Positions 17,570 through 27,093 of a DNA stretch of 32,000 nucleotides are shown in pieces; the first letter of the stretch is position 1, and the number at the start of each line of letters is the position of its first letter. The stretch lies in NCBI RefSeq assembly GCF_042660085.1, contig NZ_JBHSTI010000009.1, positions 1 through 32,000 of the forward strand. The letters are read 5' to 3'. The position numbers and the translations under genes are program-made. The notes below the pieces were generated by a model. That model was not told the origin of the DNA. It worked only from the letters and a program-made list of their open reading frames with translations, and searched no databases. This DNA comes from Longivirga aurantiaca (GTDB lineage Bacteria; Actinomycetota; Actinomycetes; S36-B12; CAIYMF01).

Positions 17570-18424
17570 TCAGCCGGTCGGTGGCGGTGGTCTCCGGGCT
17601 CGGAGGAGGCCTTCCTGGGCGGTCGTCGCGACGAGCCTGCCGTCCTGGCGGTAGACCCGACCCCAGGCAATCCCCCGCCCGCCTGCGGCGCCCGGCGACA
17701 CCTGGTCGTGCAGGAGCCAGTCGTCCACGCGCAAGTCGTGGAGGAACCACATCGAGTGGTCCAGTGTCGCGATGACGAAGCCGTGGGGCTGTGCGTCCTC
17801 GTCGGGGAGGGGCACTGCCGCGAGCATGCTGAGGTCGCTGACGTAGGCGAGGACAGCCGCGTGCAGCAGAGGGTCGTCGGGGAGCTGCGCCGCCGCCCTG
17901 ACCCACACCTGCAGGGAGGGGTTCTCCTCGGTCACGGCATCGTCGTCGCAGCGCATCTCCAGCGCGGACCACTCGACGTGGGCGAGCGTTCCGTACCGGG
18001 CTCGTGAGGCGAGCCTGCTGTGCCAGTTCGGCAGGGACTCCGGCGGTGCGGCGATCGGCATCGGAGCCTGGTGCTCGAGCCCCTCCTCCTGGTCCTGGAA
18101 CGACGACGTCATCGTGCAGAGAGCTGTCCCACCCTGGATGACGGTCGTGCGACGGGTGCTGAACGCCCTGCTCTCCCGGAGGTTCTCGACCCGGAGGACC
18201 ACCGGCACAGCCGGGTCGCCGCCGTGCAGGAAGTTCGCGTGCAACGAGTGCACCCGACGGGTTGGGCCCACAGTGCGGCCGGCGGCCATCAGAGCCTGCG
18301 CGACGACGAGCCCGCCGAACATGCGGTGGTCGGATTCGTTGACTGCACGGCTGCGGAAGTGATCGGGGTCCAACTGCTCGAGGTCGAGGACCGCCAGCAG
18401 AGGTGCGACCGAGGGCGATGTCAT
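17570..18424 (-). CDS. tesB: Acyl-CoA thioesterase II (TesB-like double hotdog)
   Basis: 284 aa. RVHSLHANFLHGGDPAVPVVLRVENLRESRAFSTRRTTVIQGGTALCTMTSSFQDQEEGLEHQAPMP, MWFLHDLRVDDWLLHDQ. Confidence 0.93.
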   Translation of the reverse strand: MTSPSVAPLLAVLDLEQLDPDHFRSRAVNESDHRMFGGLVVAQALMAAGRTVGPTRRVHSLHANFLHGGDPAVPVVLRVENLRESRAFSTRRTTVIQGGTALCTMTSSFQDQEEGLEHQAPMPIAAPPESLPNWHSRLASRARYGTLAHVEWSALEMRCDDDAVTEENPSLQVWVRAAAQLPDDPLLHAAVLAYVSDLSMLAAVPLPDEDAQPHGFVIATLDHSMWFLHDLRVDDWLLHDQVSPGAAGGRGIAWGRVYRQDGRLVATTAQEGLLRARRPPPPTG

Positions 18425-19077
18425 GTTCCCCCGCGATCAAGGAGCAGGGGAAGCTCCCGCATGTCCCGGAACACGATGGCACCGAGGCTGGAGAGGGCGT
18501 CGTCCTCCTGGGTGGCCCCGGTGTAGGCGAAGCAGTCCATCGCAGCTGCCCGTGCAGCGCGGACACCCGTGATGCTGTCTTCGACCACGGCGCACGAGCT
18601 CGGCAGCGCGCCGAGCGACCTCGCCGCGTGGAGGAACAGATCGGGCGCGGGCTTGGGCTGTGCGACATCGCTCGCGACGAACACGGCGTTCTCGAACCGC
18701 TCGAGAAGGTTCACACGTCGGAGGTTTCGACGGGTCGTTGCGCGATCCCCGTTGGTTGCGACGCACATCGGGACCCCGATTCGTGCGAGCGCCTCGCTCA
18801 CGCCGTCCACTGCATGGAGGCGGGAGTCGAATGCCGCCTCGCAGCGGGAACGGAGCTCCTCCGCCCACCCCTGCTCGAGCCGATCGCCTAGCTCGTCCCG
18901 CACACCCGCCTGCCACTGGGTCGGGGTGCAACCGGAGAACCGGCGGCGCAGCTCGTCGGCCTCGACCTCCCAGCCGAGGGCCCGGAACATCTCGGCGCTG
19001 ACCTCGGCGGCCAGCCGCTCGCTGTCCACGAGGACTCCGTCGCAGTCGAGGATGACGAGTGTGTACGGCGTGGGCAT
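18421..19077 (-). CDS. HAD-superfamily phosphatase (beta-phosphoglucomutase-like)
   Basis: 218 aa from the CAT at 19075-19077. LVILDCDGVLVDSERLAAE, CVATNGDR, QPKPAPDLFLHAARSLG, VVEDSITGVRAARAA. Stop overlaps the tesB start by 4 nt. Confidence 0.9.
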   Translation of the reverse strand: MPTPYTLVILDCDGVLVDSERLAAEVSAEMFRALGWEVEADELRRRFSGCTPTQWQAGVRDELGDRLEQGWAEELRSRCEAAFDSRLHAVDGVSEALARIGVPMCVATNGDRATTRRNLRRVNLLERFENAVFVASDVAQPKPAPDLFLHAARSLGALPSSCAVVEDSITGVRAARAAAMDCFAYTGATQEDDALSSLGAIVFRDMRELPLLLDRGGT

Positions 19078-19100
19078 GAGTCGGTGGCTCGGAGCGGCGG

Positions 19101-19304
19101 TCAGGAGAGCAGGCTGATGGCGAGCCGTGGGCAGGAGTCGATCGCGAGCGTGACGTCCTCCTCGAGCTCGAGGGGGACGTCGGCCGCCACTGCCTGGGTC
19201 GTGCCGTCGCCCGCCAGCACGAAGACGTCGGGGACCAGTCCACGGCAGACCCCGGCGGACTCGCAGAACTCCTGGTTCACGGTGGCACGCACGAGGGCTC
19301 CCAA
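19101..19304 (-). CDS. Small ferredoxin (3Fe-4S type, P450-partner class)
   Basis: 67 aa. RATVNQEFCESAGVCRGLVPDVFVLAGDG...AIDSCPRLAISL gives a Cx5C...CP ligand pattern. Confidence 0.88.
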   Translation of the reverse strand: MGALVRATVNQEFCESAGVCRGLVPDVFVLAGDGTTQAVAADVPLELEEDVTLAIDSCPRLAISLLS

Positions 19305-19336
19305 GGATGTGGTTCACTGCGGTCAGTGTAGCCAAC

Positions 19337-19346
19337 CAAGCGCTTG
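19337..19346. promoter_or_regulatory. Perfect palindrome CAAGCGCTTG, candidate TetR-family operator (copy 1)
   Basis: AACCAAGCGCTTGACAGA in the ferredoxin/P450 divergent gap. The same 10-bp core recurs at 24028 and 31926. Confidence 0.75.
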
Positions 19347-19373
19347 ACAGACAATGGCGGGCCCGCCTAGTTT
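19344..19373 (+). promoter_or_regulatory. Candidate promoter of the P450 unit, TTGACA-N18-TAGTTT
   Basis: TTGACA at 19344-19349 overlaps the palindrome, TAGTTT at 19368-19373. Same geometry at the other two palindromes. Confidence 0.5.
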
Positions 19374-19481
19374 GCTCGCGACCGGGGTATCCCGGCGAGG
19401 GCGCCCTGACGCTCCGCCCGGGCGGCCTGACGTCGACCGCCGCGTCGCATGCGTGGGGGCCCGGCCTCGACGAGGAGCGAC

Positions 19482-20732
19482 ATGTCTGGCGAATGCCCAG
19501 TCCGGCACGACTTCCAGATGCTCGAGCAGTCGTTCGTGAAGGACCCGTACGCGACCTGCCCCGCCGTCCAGGAGTCGCCGGTCTTCTGGTCCTCCGACCT
19601 CGGCTGCTACGTGGTGACGCGCTACGACGACGTGCAGCGGGTGCTGTCCGACCACGAGCTGTTCTCGAACGCGGCGACCAATGTGCCGGTGACCCCCATC
19701 AACGAGGAGGCGCAGCGGGTTCTCGACGAGAGCGAGGTGTGGTTCCGGCCCAACCTCACCAACGCGGACGCGCCGCGGCACACGATGGTCCGGCGCTGGG
19801 TGGCCGACGCGATGAGCCCTCGGCGGATCCGCGCCCTCGAGCCGGGCGTGCGCGCCTGGGCGTCCACCAAGGTGGACGAGATGGTGGCCAAGGGCCGCGC
19901 CGACATCTACGCCGAGCTCTGCTTCCCGCTCCCGGCCATCACCGGCTTCACCCTCCTCGGGTTCCCGCCGGAGGACGTCGAGCAGCTCAAGTCCTGGTGC
20001 GACCGGCGGGTCGTGCTCACATACGGACGCGCGACGGGCGCCGAGCAGGTCGAGGTTGCTGAGAACGTGGCCGCCTTCTGGCGCTACACGAACGAGTTCG
20101 CCCAGTCGCGGATCGACGATCCCCGCGACGACCTCACGAGCGACATCATCAAGCACCACCTCGCCGACCCCGAGGAGTTCTCGCTGCGCGATGTGTCGGC
20201 CGTCCTGTTCGGGCTGTCGATCGCGGCGCACGAGACCACCACCAACCTGATGACCAACGGCGTCCGTCAGCTGCTCGCGCACCGCGAGCAGTGGGAGGCG
20301 CTGGTCGCCGACCCGACGCTGATCCCCAACACGATCGAGGAGTGCCTCCGATTCGACGGGCCCGTCATCGCGTGGCGGCGGCGCGCGACGGCCGACGTCG
20401 ACGTCTCAGGGACGGTCATCCCCAAGGACTCGGTCGTCCTGATGCTGCTCTACTCGGCGAACCACGACCCGCGCCGCTTCGACGACGCCGGCAGCTTCGA
20501 CATCCGCCGCCCCGAGGCCCGTTACCACCTGACGTTCGGCAAGGGCACCCACTTCTGCGCCGGCGCGCCGATGGCCCGCATGGAGATGAAGATCCTGCTC
20601 GAGAACCTGATCGAGAAGGCTCCCGGGATGCGGCTGGTCGAGGATCAGGCGCTGGAGTTCATCCCCAACATCTCCCAGCGGGGCCCGCACGGCCTCGTCG
20701 TCGACTTCGAACCGGCCCTCACCCACGCCTGA
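19482..20732 (+). CDS. Cytochrome P450
   Basis: 416 aa from the ATG at 19482. I-helix [11 protein letters not shown], ExxR (ECLR), heme loop [17 protein letters not shown]. Confidence 0.97.
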   Translation: MSGECPVRHDFQMLEQSFVKDPYATCPAVQESPVFWSSDLGCYVVTRYDDVQRVLSDHELFSNAATNVPVTPINEEAQRVLDESEVWFRPNLTNADAPRHTMVRRWVADAMSPRRIRALEPGVRAWASTKVDEMVAKGRADIYAELCFPLPAITGFTLLGFPPEDVEQLKSWCDRRVVLTYGRATGAEQVEVAENVAAFWRYTNEFAQSRIDDPRDDLTSDIIKHHLADPEEFSLRDVSAVLFGLSIAAHETTTNLMTNGVRQLLAHREQWEALVADPTLIPNTIEECLRFDGPVIAWRRRATADVDVSGTVIPKDSVVLMLLYSANHDPRRFDDAGSFDIRRPEARYHLTFGKGTHFCAGAPMARMEMKILLENLIEKAPGMRLVEDQALEFIPNISQRGPHGLVVDFEPALTHA

Positions 20733-20788
20733 TCCGGTGGCCGGCGCCGCCGCGCGTCACCGTCGTACCTCACCTGGAGCCCTCACCC

Positions 20789-21988
20789 ATGCGCGAAGCA
20801 GCAGTCATCTCCACCGCCCGCACGCCCATCGGCAAGGCGTATCGCGGTGCCTTCAACGACACGCAGGGCCAGGCGCTGGCGGCGCATGCCATCGCGCACG
20901 CGGTGGCGCGAGCCGGCATCGACCCGGCTGAGATCGAGGATGTGGTTCTCGGCTGCGCACTTCCGGAGGGTTCCACGGGGCTCAACGTCGCGCGGCAGGG
21001 AGCCATCCGCGCGGGCCTGCCGGTGACCGTGTCGGGGATGACGATGGACCGGCAGTGCTCGTCGGGCCTCATGGCCATCGCGACGGCGGCCAAGCAGATC
21101 GTGGTGGACGGCGTGCGTGTGGCCGTCGGCGGCGGTGTCGAGTCGGTCTCCCTCGTCCAGAACGAGCACCAGAACAAGTTCCGCATGCAGGACCCCTGGC
21201 TGGACGAGCACCGACCCGACATCTACATGCCGATGCTGTACACCGCGGAGATCGTGGCCGAGCGGTACGGCGTCACCCGTGAGATGCAGGACGAGTTCAG
21301 CGCGCAGTCACAGCAGCGGGCGGCTGCCGCCGCGGCCCGCGGAGTGTTCGACGACGAGATCGTGCCGATCACCGTGACCAAGCTCGTGCGCGACAAGGCC
21401 ACCGGAGAGACGAGCGCGGTCGAGGTGACCCTGTCGCAGGACGAGGGCATCCGCGGCGAGACCACCGTCGAGACCCTGTCGGCGCTGCGGCCGGTGCTCC
21501 CCGACGGTGCGGCGTCGCAGGTGTCGACCGTGACGGCCGGCAACGCCTCGCAGCTCTCGGACGGGGCGGCGGCGGTGGTCCTCATGGAGGCGCAGGAGGC
21601 GTCCAGCCGGGGCATCACCCCGCTCGGCTTCTACCGGGGCATCGCCGTCACGGGCTGCGCACCCGACGAGATGGGGATCGGGCCCGTGACGGCCATCCCC
21701 AAGCTCCTGGCGCAGCACAGCCTGAAGATCGAGGACATCGGGGTCTGGGAGCTCAACGAGGCGTTCGCGTCGCAGGCCCTCTACTGCCGCGACTTCCTGG
21801 GCATCGACCCCGAGCTGTTCAACCCCAACGGCGGCGGGATCGCCGTCGGCCACCCCTATGGCATGACCGGCGCCCGGCTGGTCGGGCACGCGCTCCTGGA
21901 GGGGAAGCGCCGCGGCGCCCGCTACGTCGTCATCTCGATGTGCGTCGGCGGCGGCATGGGTGCTGCCGGCCTGTTCGAGGTGGCCTGA
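20789..21988 (+). CDS. Acetyl-CoA acyltransferase (canonical thiolase)
   Basis: 399 aa from the ATG at 20789. [11 protein letters not shown] nucleophile Cys, [31 protein letters not shown]. Confidence 0.95.
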   Translation: MREAAVISTARTPIGKAYRGAFNDTQGQALAAHAIAHAVARAGIDPAEIEDVVLGCALPEGSTGLNVARQGAIRAGLPVTVSGMTMDRQCSSGLMAIATAAKQIVVDGVRVAVGGGVESVSLVQNEHQNKFRMQDPWLDEHRPDIYMPMLYTAEIVAERYGVTREMQDEFSAQSQQRAAAAAARGVFDDEIVPITVTKLVRDKATGETSAVEVTLSQDEGIRGETTVETLSALRPVLPDGAASQVSTVTAGNASQLSDGAAAVVLMEAQEASSRGITPLGFYRGIAVTGCAPDEMGIGPVTAIPKLLAQHSLKIEDIGVWELNEAFASQALYCRDFLGIDPELFNPNGGGIAVGHPYGMTGARLVGHALLEGKRRGARYVVISMCVGGGMGAAGLFEVA

Positions 21989-22038
21989 CCCGCGATGTCG
22001 ACCGGCAGCAACCACGAGCGGAACCGGAGGACGGCGAG

Positions 22039-22725
22039 GTGAGCGCGAGCCGATCGGTGCCGTCGGTCGGAGTGCGCGGCGTGGTCTTCGACTACGGCGG
22101 CGTCCTCACCACACCGGTCGGCGACTCCATCCGTGCCTGGCTCGCGCGGGCGGCGATCGAGCCGTCCAGCTTCTCCCGGACGCTGAAGGAGTGGCTGTCG
22201 AGGGATGCGCCGTCAGGGACCCCGGTGCACAGGCTCGAGACCGGCGCGCTCAGCGTGGACGAGTTCAACGTCCTGCTCGCCGAGCGCCTGGTCCGTCTGG
22301 ACGGTAGCCCCGTGGAGCCCGACGGGCTGCTGAAGGGCCTGTTCGCCGACGTGCGTCCCGACCCGGCCATGATCGGCCTGGTCGAGCGACTGTCGGCGAA
22401 CGGCGTCGAGGTGGCGCTTCTGTCGAACAGCTGGGGGAGCGACGACTACCCCTGGGACGTCGTCGACCGGCTCTTCCGCACGACCGTCATCTCCGGCCGC
22501 GACGGCGTGCGCAAGCCGGATCGCGAGTCCTTCGCACTGGTGCTCGACAGGATGGGTCTCGGCGCCGACGTCACTGTCTTCGTCGACGACGCCGAGCCCA
22601 ACGTCCTCGGTGCCCGCAGGGTGGGCATGCGCGCCATCCACCATGTCGACGCCGCGTCGACACGTGCCGAGCTCGAGGAACTCATCCCTGCACTGACCGT
22701 CGACCTCACCGAGGAGAGCACGTGA
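22039..22725 (+). CDS. HAD-superfamily hydrolase (HAD-IA type)
   Basis: 228 aa from the GTG at 22039. VVFDYGGVLTTP, LLSNSWGSDD, DGVRKPDRESF, VFVDDAEPNVLGARRVGM. Confidence 0.88.
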   Translation: MSASRSVPSVGVRGVVFDYGGVLTTPVGDSIRAWLARAAIEPSSFSRTLKEWLSRDAPSGTPVHRLETGALSVDEFNVLLAERLVRLDGSPVEPDGLLKGLFADVRPDPAMIGLVERLSANGVEVALLSNSWGSDDYPWDVVDRLFRTTVISGRDGVRKPDRESFALVLDRMGLGADVTVFVDDAEPNVLGARRVGMRAIHHVDAASTRAELEELIPALTVDLTEEST

Positions 22726-23492
22726 CCGCCGCTGCCAGCCCTGCGACCCGCACAGCGATCGTGACCGGGGGTGCCCGAGGGATCGGTGCGGCCATCTCGC
22801 GCCGGCTCGCGGCCGACGGCCTCGCCGTGGCCGTGGTCGATCTGGATGAGAGCAGCTGCACGACCACGCTGGAGGCGATCCGCGCGGACGGTGGCACGGC
22901 TCTCGCCGTCGGCGCGGACGTCGCCGACGAGGCGAGCGTCGAGGCGGCCGTCGCGACGGTGGCCGACGAGCTCGGCGCGCCGTCCGTGCTGGTCAACAAC
23001 GCCGGCATCACGCGGGACAACCTGCTCTTCAAGATGACCGTGGACGACTGGGACAGCGTGATGGCCGTGCACCTGCGGGGCACCTTCCTCATGTCCCGCG
23101 CCGCGCAGAAGCACATGGTCGCGGCGGGCTTCGGTCGCATCGTGAACCTGTCGAGCGTGTCGGCCCTCGGCAACCGCGGCCAGGCCAACTACGCGGCGGC
23201 CAAGGCCGGGATCCAGGGCATCACCAAGACGCTCGCCATCGAGCTCGGCCGGTACGGCGTGACGGCGAACGCGATCGCGCCCGGATTCATCGAGACGGAG
23301 ATGACGGCCGCGACCGCGGCGCGCATGGGGATGGACTTCGAGGAGGCCAAGCGCCTCGGTGCGGAGCAGATCCCCGTAGGTCGGGTCGGCCAGCCCGAGG
23401 ACATCGCGCACCTGGTGTCCTATCTCGTCAGCGAGGGTGCCGGCTTCGTCTCCGGACAGGTCATCTACGCCGCCGGAGGCCCGAAGACCTGA
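22722..23492 (+). CDS. FabG-like SDR (3-oxoacyl-ACP/CoA reductase family)
   Basis: 256 aa. VTGGARGIG, NNAGITRDNLLFKM, NLSSVSALGNRGQANYAAAKAG, VSGQVIYAAGG. Confidence 0.94.
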   Translation: MTAAASPATRTAIVTGGARGIGAAISRRLAADGLAVAVVDLDESSCTTTLEAIRADGGTALAVGADVADEASVEAAVATVADELGAPSVLVNNAGITRDNLLFKMTVDDWDSVMAVHLRGTFLMSRAAQKHMVAAGFGRIVNLSSVSALGNRGQANYAAAKAGIQGITKTLAIELGRYGVTANAIAPGFIETEMTAATAARMGMDFEEAKRLGAEQIPVGRVGQPEDIAHLVSYLVSEGAGFVSGQVIYAAGGPKT

Positions 23493-23525
23493 CCCGGCGC
23501 CGCCCCTTTCCACGAGGAGTTCCCC

Positions 23526-23981
23526 ATGCGCGTGTTCCGTACGTTCGACGAGCTCTCCGCCTCGGTGGGCGAGGTGCTCGGCAGCAGCTCCTGGCTCCTG
23601 GTGGACCAGGCGCGCGTCGATGCATTCGCCGAGTGCACCGGCGACCACCAGTGGATCCACGTCGATGTCGCGCGGAGCGAGGCCGGCCCGTTCGGAGGCA
23701 CCATCGCGCACGGCTTCCTGACCCTCTCGCTGATCCCGGCGCTGCAGGCCGAGGTCTTCGTGCTCGAGACCCCCGGGCCGAAGCTCAACTACGGCGTGAA
23801 CAAGCTGCGCTTCCCGGCCCCGCTGCTCGTGGGGCGACGCGTGCGCGACACGTGCACGTTGCTCGAGGTCACCGAGCTTCCCGCCGGCCGCCAGGTCGTC
23901 GTGCGCCACGTCGTGGAGATCGAGGGCGAGGGCAAGCCGGCGCTGGTCGCCGACGCCGTCGCGCTGCTCCTCAACGTCTGA
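23526..23981 (+). CDS. MaoC-family dehydratase
   Basis: 151 aa. LGSSSWLLVDQARVDAFAECTGDHQWIHVD, GGTIAHGFLTLSLIP, NYGVNKLRFPAPL. Confidence 0.94.
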   Translation: MRVFRTFDELSASVGEVLGSSSWLLVDQARVDAFAECTGDHQWIHVDVARSEAGPFGGTIAHGFLTLSLIPALQAEVFVLETPGPKLNYGVNKLRFPAPLLVGRRVRDTCTLLEVTELPAGRQVVVRHVVEIEGEGKPALVADAVALLLNV

Positions 23982-24027
23982 GAACCTCGACGCACGGCCG
24001 CCCAGGGCCCTCGGTCACTTGTTCTAC

Positions 24028-24037
24028 CAAGCGCTTG
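24028..24037. promoter_or_regulatory. Perfect palindrome CAAGCGCTTG, candidate TetR-family operator (copy 2)
   Basis: TCTACCAAGCGCTTGACAG. This 19-nt string is identical to the reverse complement of copy 3. Confidence 0.78.
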
Positions 24038-24064
24038 ACAGAGTGATTCGCGTCGCACTAACGT
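24035..24064 (+). promoter_or_regulatory. Candidate promoter TTGACA-N18-TAACGT
   Basis: TTGACA at 24035-24040, TAACGT at 24059-24064, overlaps the palindrome and lies upstream of the 24149 CDS. Confidence 0.55.
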
Positions 24065-24148
24065 CCGGGCCAAGGTCGAGTCCGGGCTCGCGAAGCTGTC
24101 CCGGCCGCCGTGCGCTGCACTGCGGCCCCATCGAACGAGGAGACTGTG

Positions 24149-25354
24149 GTGACGACGTACGCCGGCGAGGACCAGCAGACCAAGCGTCTCGAGACTGCCC
24201 GCGAGATCGGACACGTGCTCAACCGTGAGGCCGAGGCGGGCACGGAGGCCGGTCAGATCACTGACGCGGTCGTGCAGGCGATCCTCAGCTCCGGGCTGCT
24301 GAGCATCGGCGTCGCCCAGGCTGTCGGTGGCGAGCAGTGCTCGTACGCCGAGTGGGCCGCTGTGCTGGAGGAGCTCTCCCGCGCCGACGGGTCGGCCGGG
24401 TGGAGCTTCATGGCCACCAGCAGCCACGCTGCGGCCTTCAGCTCCGTGCTCCCGGACGCCGGGGTGCAGAGCTACTACGCAGGCGGTCGCCCGCCCGTGA
24501 TCGCCGGCATGCCCGCGCCCCGCGGACGCGCCGAGCGGGTCGAGGGCGGCTACATGTTCACGGGCAAGCACCAGTTCGCCTCCGGATCCGCCCTCGCCGA
24601 CCACTTCGTCGGCGGCGGCGTCGTGTTCGGCGCGGACGGCGAGCCGATCATGGCCGACAACGGCGTCCCGGAGATGGTCGCGGTGATCATCCCTCGCGAC
24701 AAGGTTCGTCTCATGGGCAACTGGAACGTCACCGGCCTCGAGGGCACGGCCAGCATCGACTTCGAGATCGGACCGATCTTCGTCGAGGAGGACAAGGTCG
24801 TCCACGTCAACCCGTGGCCGACCACCGTCTACCGCGGTACCTCGTTCTGGGCGCTGGGAGTTGAGATCCTCGGCCCATTGGGCCACTGCGCGCCCGCGCT
24901 CGGCGTCTCCAAGCGAGCGCTCCAGGAGGTGGCCGCCCTGGCTCCCACGCGCAAGCGCGTGGACGCGGCCTTCCCGACGGTCGGCGACCAGCCGCTGTTC
25001 CGTCACGACCTGGTCGCCCGCTGGGCGGACTGGCAGGCCACCCACCTCCTGTGGGACGACCTGCTCGTGCGCCTCGACGACTGGACCGCCAACAACGACG
25101 CGCAGCCTCCGCGCGAGCTGGTCGACCGGGCCAAGTACGTCGCCCGGCACATCCACGACACCGCTCTCAAGTGCGTCGACTTCGCCTACCACTGGTCGGG
25201 CACGGTCGGTCTTCGCTCGGAGGGCGTGGTCGGCCGCTGCTTCCGCAACGTCCACGCCATGGACGTGCACATCGCCGTGGACCGCAACAACTACGTCGTC
25301 GCCGCGGACAGCGTGATGCCCCTCCTGGGCGAGGGCGCGCACGACTTCGACTAG
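24149..25354 (+). CDS. HsaA-like flavin-dependent monooxygenase with acyl-CoA-dehydrogenase fold
   Basis: 401 aa (GTG at 24146 or 24149 after GAGGAG). GLLSIGVAQAVGGEQCSYAEWAAVLEELSRADGSAGWSFMATSSHAAAF is typical of group D flavin monooxygenases (HsaA/HpaB-like ACAD fold). A flavin reductase is encoded nearby. Confidence 0.82.
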   Translation: MTTYAGEDQQTKRLETAREIGHVLNREAEAGTEAGQITDAVVQAILSSGLLSIGVAQAVGGEQCSYAEWAAVLEELSRADGSAGWSFMATSSHAAAFSSVLPDAGVQSYYAGGRPPVIAGMPAPRGRAERVEGGYMFTGKHQFASGSALADHFVGGGVVFGADGEPIMADNGVPEMVAVIIPRDKVRLMGNWNVTGLEGTASIDFEIGPIFVEEDKVVHVNPWPTTVYRGTSFWALGVEILGPLGHCAPALGVSKRALQEVAALAPTRKRVDAAFPTVGDQPLFRHDLVARWADWQATHLLWDDLLVRLDDWTANNDAQPPRELVDRAKYVARHIHDTALKCVDFAYHWSGTVGLRSEGVVGRCFRNVHAMDVHIAVDRNNYVVAADSVMPLLGEGAHDFD

Positions 25355-25467
25355 CACCCGGCCGTCGACGTCCCACGTCGTCGTACCTCATCAAGGCAGC
25401 GAGGCGGTCGCGCGGCTCACGCAGACGTGCGGCCGCCTCGGGCATCTTCCGGGCGAGAGGGCATCAC

Positions 25468-26325
25468 ATGAAGATCGGCAACGCCAGCATCGACGCCGTC
25501 CTCGACGGCGAGTTCGCGCTCGACCGATCGATCCCCTACCCCGGCATCGATCCCGATCGCTGGACCGGGTACGAGTCGTTGCTGCGCGACGGGACGCAGG
25601 TCGTCAACCAGCTCGGCGGCTACCTCGTCCGCACCGACGACCACATTGCTCTCGTCGATCTCGGCTTCGGCCCCACGCAGGTGCCCACCTGGACCTCGGG
25701 CAAGTTCCTGGACTCGCTGGCAGCGCTCGGAGTCAAGCCCGAGGACGTCACCGAGGTCTTCCTGACCCACCTGCACTTCGACCACATCGGGTGGGCCGCG
25801 GTCAACGGCGACCCGGTGTTCCCCAATGCGACGCACCGCTGCCACGCCCGGGACTGGGAGTACTTCACGGGGCCCGACTTCGAGGACAACCCGATGATGT
25901 TCGGGCCGGAAGCAGGCCTCGACCAGTGGCCCCAGGACATGCTGACGCGGGACAAGCTAGGTGCCATCGAGCACCTGCTCGAGCGCTGGGACGGCACGGC
26001 GGAGCTCGCCCACGGCATCAGCGTCATCGAGTACCCCGGTCACACGCCCGGCACCACAGCCATCAAAGTCACTGCTCAGGGCGAGTCCGCCATGCTCATC
26101 GGTGACATCGCCCATCACCAGGCCGAGCTGGTCGAGCCCGACTTCCACTTCATCGTGGACATGTCGCCGGAGGAGTCCGCAGCGTCGCAGAGCTCGCTCC
26201 TGGTCCAGCTCGAGCAGACCGGGATGCCCGTCGCGGGCGCACACTTCCAGGACTTCCAGTGGGGTCGCGTCGTTCGCGGCGGAACCGGCTATGCCTGGGC
26301 GCCCATCGACGCTGCGTCAGCCTGA
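25468..26325 (+). CDS. MBL-fold metallo-hydrolase (lactonase-like)
   Basis: 285 aa from the ATG at 25468. THLHFDHIGW matches HxHxDH. EYPGHTPGTTAIKV, LIGDIAHH. Confidence 0.92.
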   Translation: MKIGNASIDAVLDGEFALDRSIPYPGIDPDRWTGYESLLRDGTQVVNQLGGYLVRTDDHIALVDLGFGPTQVPTWTSGKFLDSLAALGVKPEDVTEVFLTHLHFDHIGWAAVNGDPVFPNATHRCHARDWEYFTGPDFEDNPMMFGPEAGLDQWPQDMLTRDKLGAIEHLLERWDGTAELAHGISVIEYPGHTPGTTAIKVTAQGESAMLIGDIAHHQAELVEPDFHFIVDMSPEESAASQSSLLVQLEQTGMPVAGAHFQDFQWGRVVRGGTGYAWAPIDAASA

Positions 26326-26340
26326 TAGCGGAGGATGTCC

Positions 26341-27093
26341 ATGGAGCTCAAGGGTGCGATCGCCGTCGTTACGGGCGGTGCTTCCGGCATCGGGAAGGCC
26401 ACCCGCGACCTGTTGGAGGCGGCGGGTGCCCGACCAGTGACGTGGGACCTCGCGGGGGCCGACATCCGCTGCGACGTCTCCAGCGAGGAGTCGGTCGAGG
26501 CGGCGATCGCCGCGACGGTGGCTGGCTACGGGGTTCCGTCGATCCTGGTGGCCGCCGCCGGGGTCGGGCGGACCGGACGCATCGTCGACCTGGATCTCTC
26601 CGACTGGGATCTGACGTACGCGGTGAACATCCGCGGCGTCATGCTCGCTCTGCGCGTCGTCGCACGCGAGATGATCGCGGCGGGCCTGCCAGGCAGCTGC
26701 ATCCTCATCAGCAGCGTCAACGGAACGGTGGCCGATGCTGCGCACTCGATGTACTCCACGAGCAAGGCGGCCGTGAACCATCTGGCCCGATGCGCCGCGG
26801 TCGAGCTCGGCCCCGAGGGGATCAGGGTGAACGCGGTAGCACCGGGACCTGTGGAGACCCCGATGATGAGCGGCGTTCTCGCCATTGAGGGCTACAGGCA
26901 ACAGATCGCGGACACCACGCCCCTCGGCCGTATCGGCGCGCCGGAGGACATCGCGGAAGCGGTGCTCAACCTGCTGCGGTCCGACTGGGTCACCGGGCAG
27001 GTGGTGGCCGTCGACGGAGCTGCATCGCTCATGAGCGCGCGCGGTCACGACCGCGCTCGCAAGCTCACTCAGAAGCACGGGGACGGGGCATGA
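26341..27093 (+). CDS. Short-chain dehydrogenase/reductase
   Basis: VTGGASGIGKA, LISSVNGTVADAAHSMYSTSKAA, VTGQVVAVDGAAS. The ATG at 26341 fits the GGAGG spacing; an in-frame ATG at 26335 is an alternative. Confidence 0.93.
   Translation: MELKGAIAVVTGGASGIGKATRDLLEAAGARPVTWDLAGADIRCDVSSEESVEAAIAATVAGYGVPSILVAAAGVGRTGRIVDLDLSDWDLTYAVNIRGVMLALRVVAREMIAAGLPGSCILISSVNGTVADAAHSMYSTSKAAVNHLARCAAVELGPEGIRVNAVAPGPVETPMMSGVLAIEGYRQQIADTTPLGRIGAPEDIAEAVLNLLRSDWVTGQVVAVDGAASLMSARGHDRARKLTQKHGDGA

Noticed and set aside
22446-25357. Long minus-strand ORFs (487 and 522 aa) opposite FabG/MaoC/HsaA-like genes
   Set aside because: Antisense shadows. The plus strand has intact family motifs and proper start sites.
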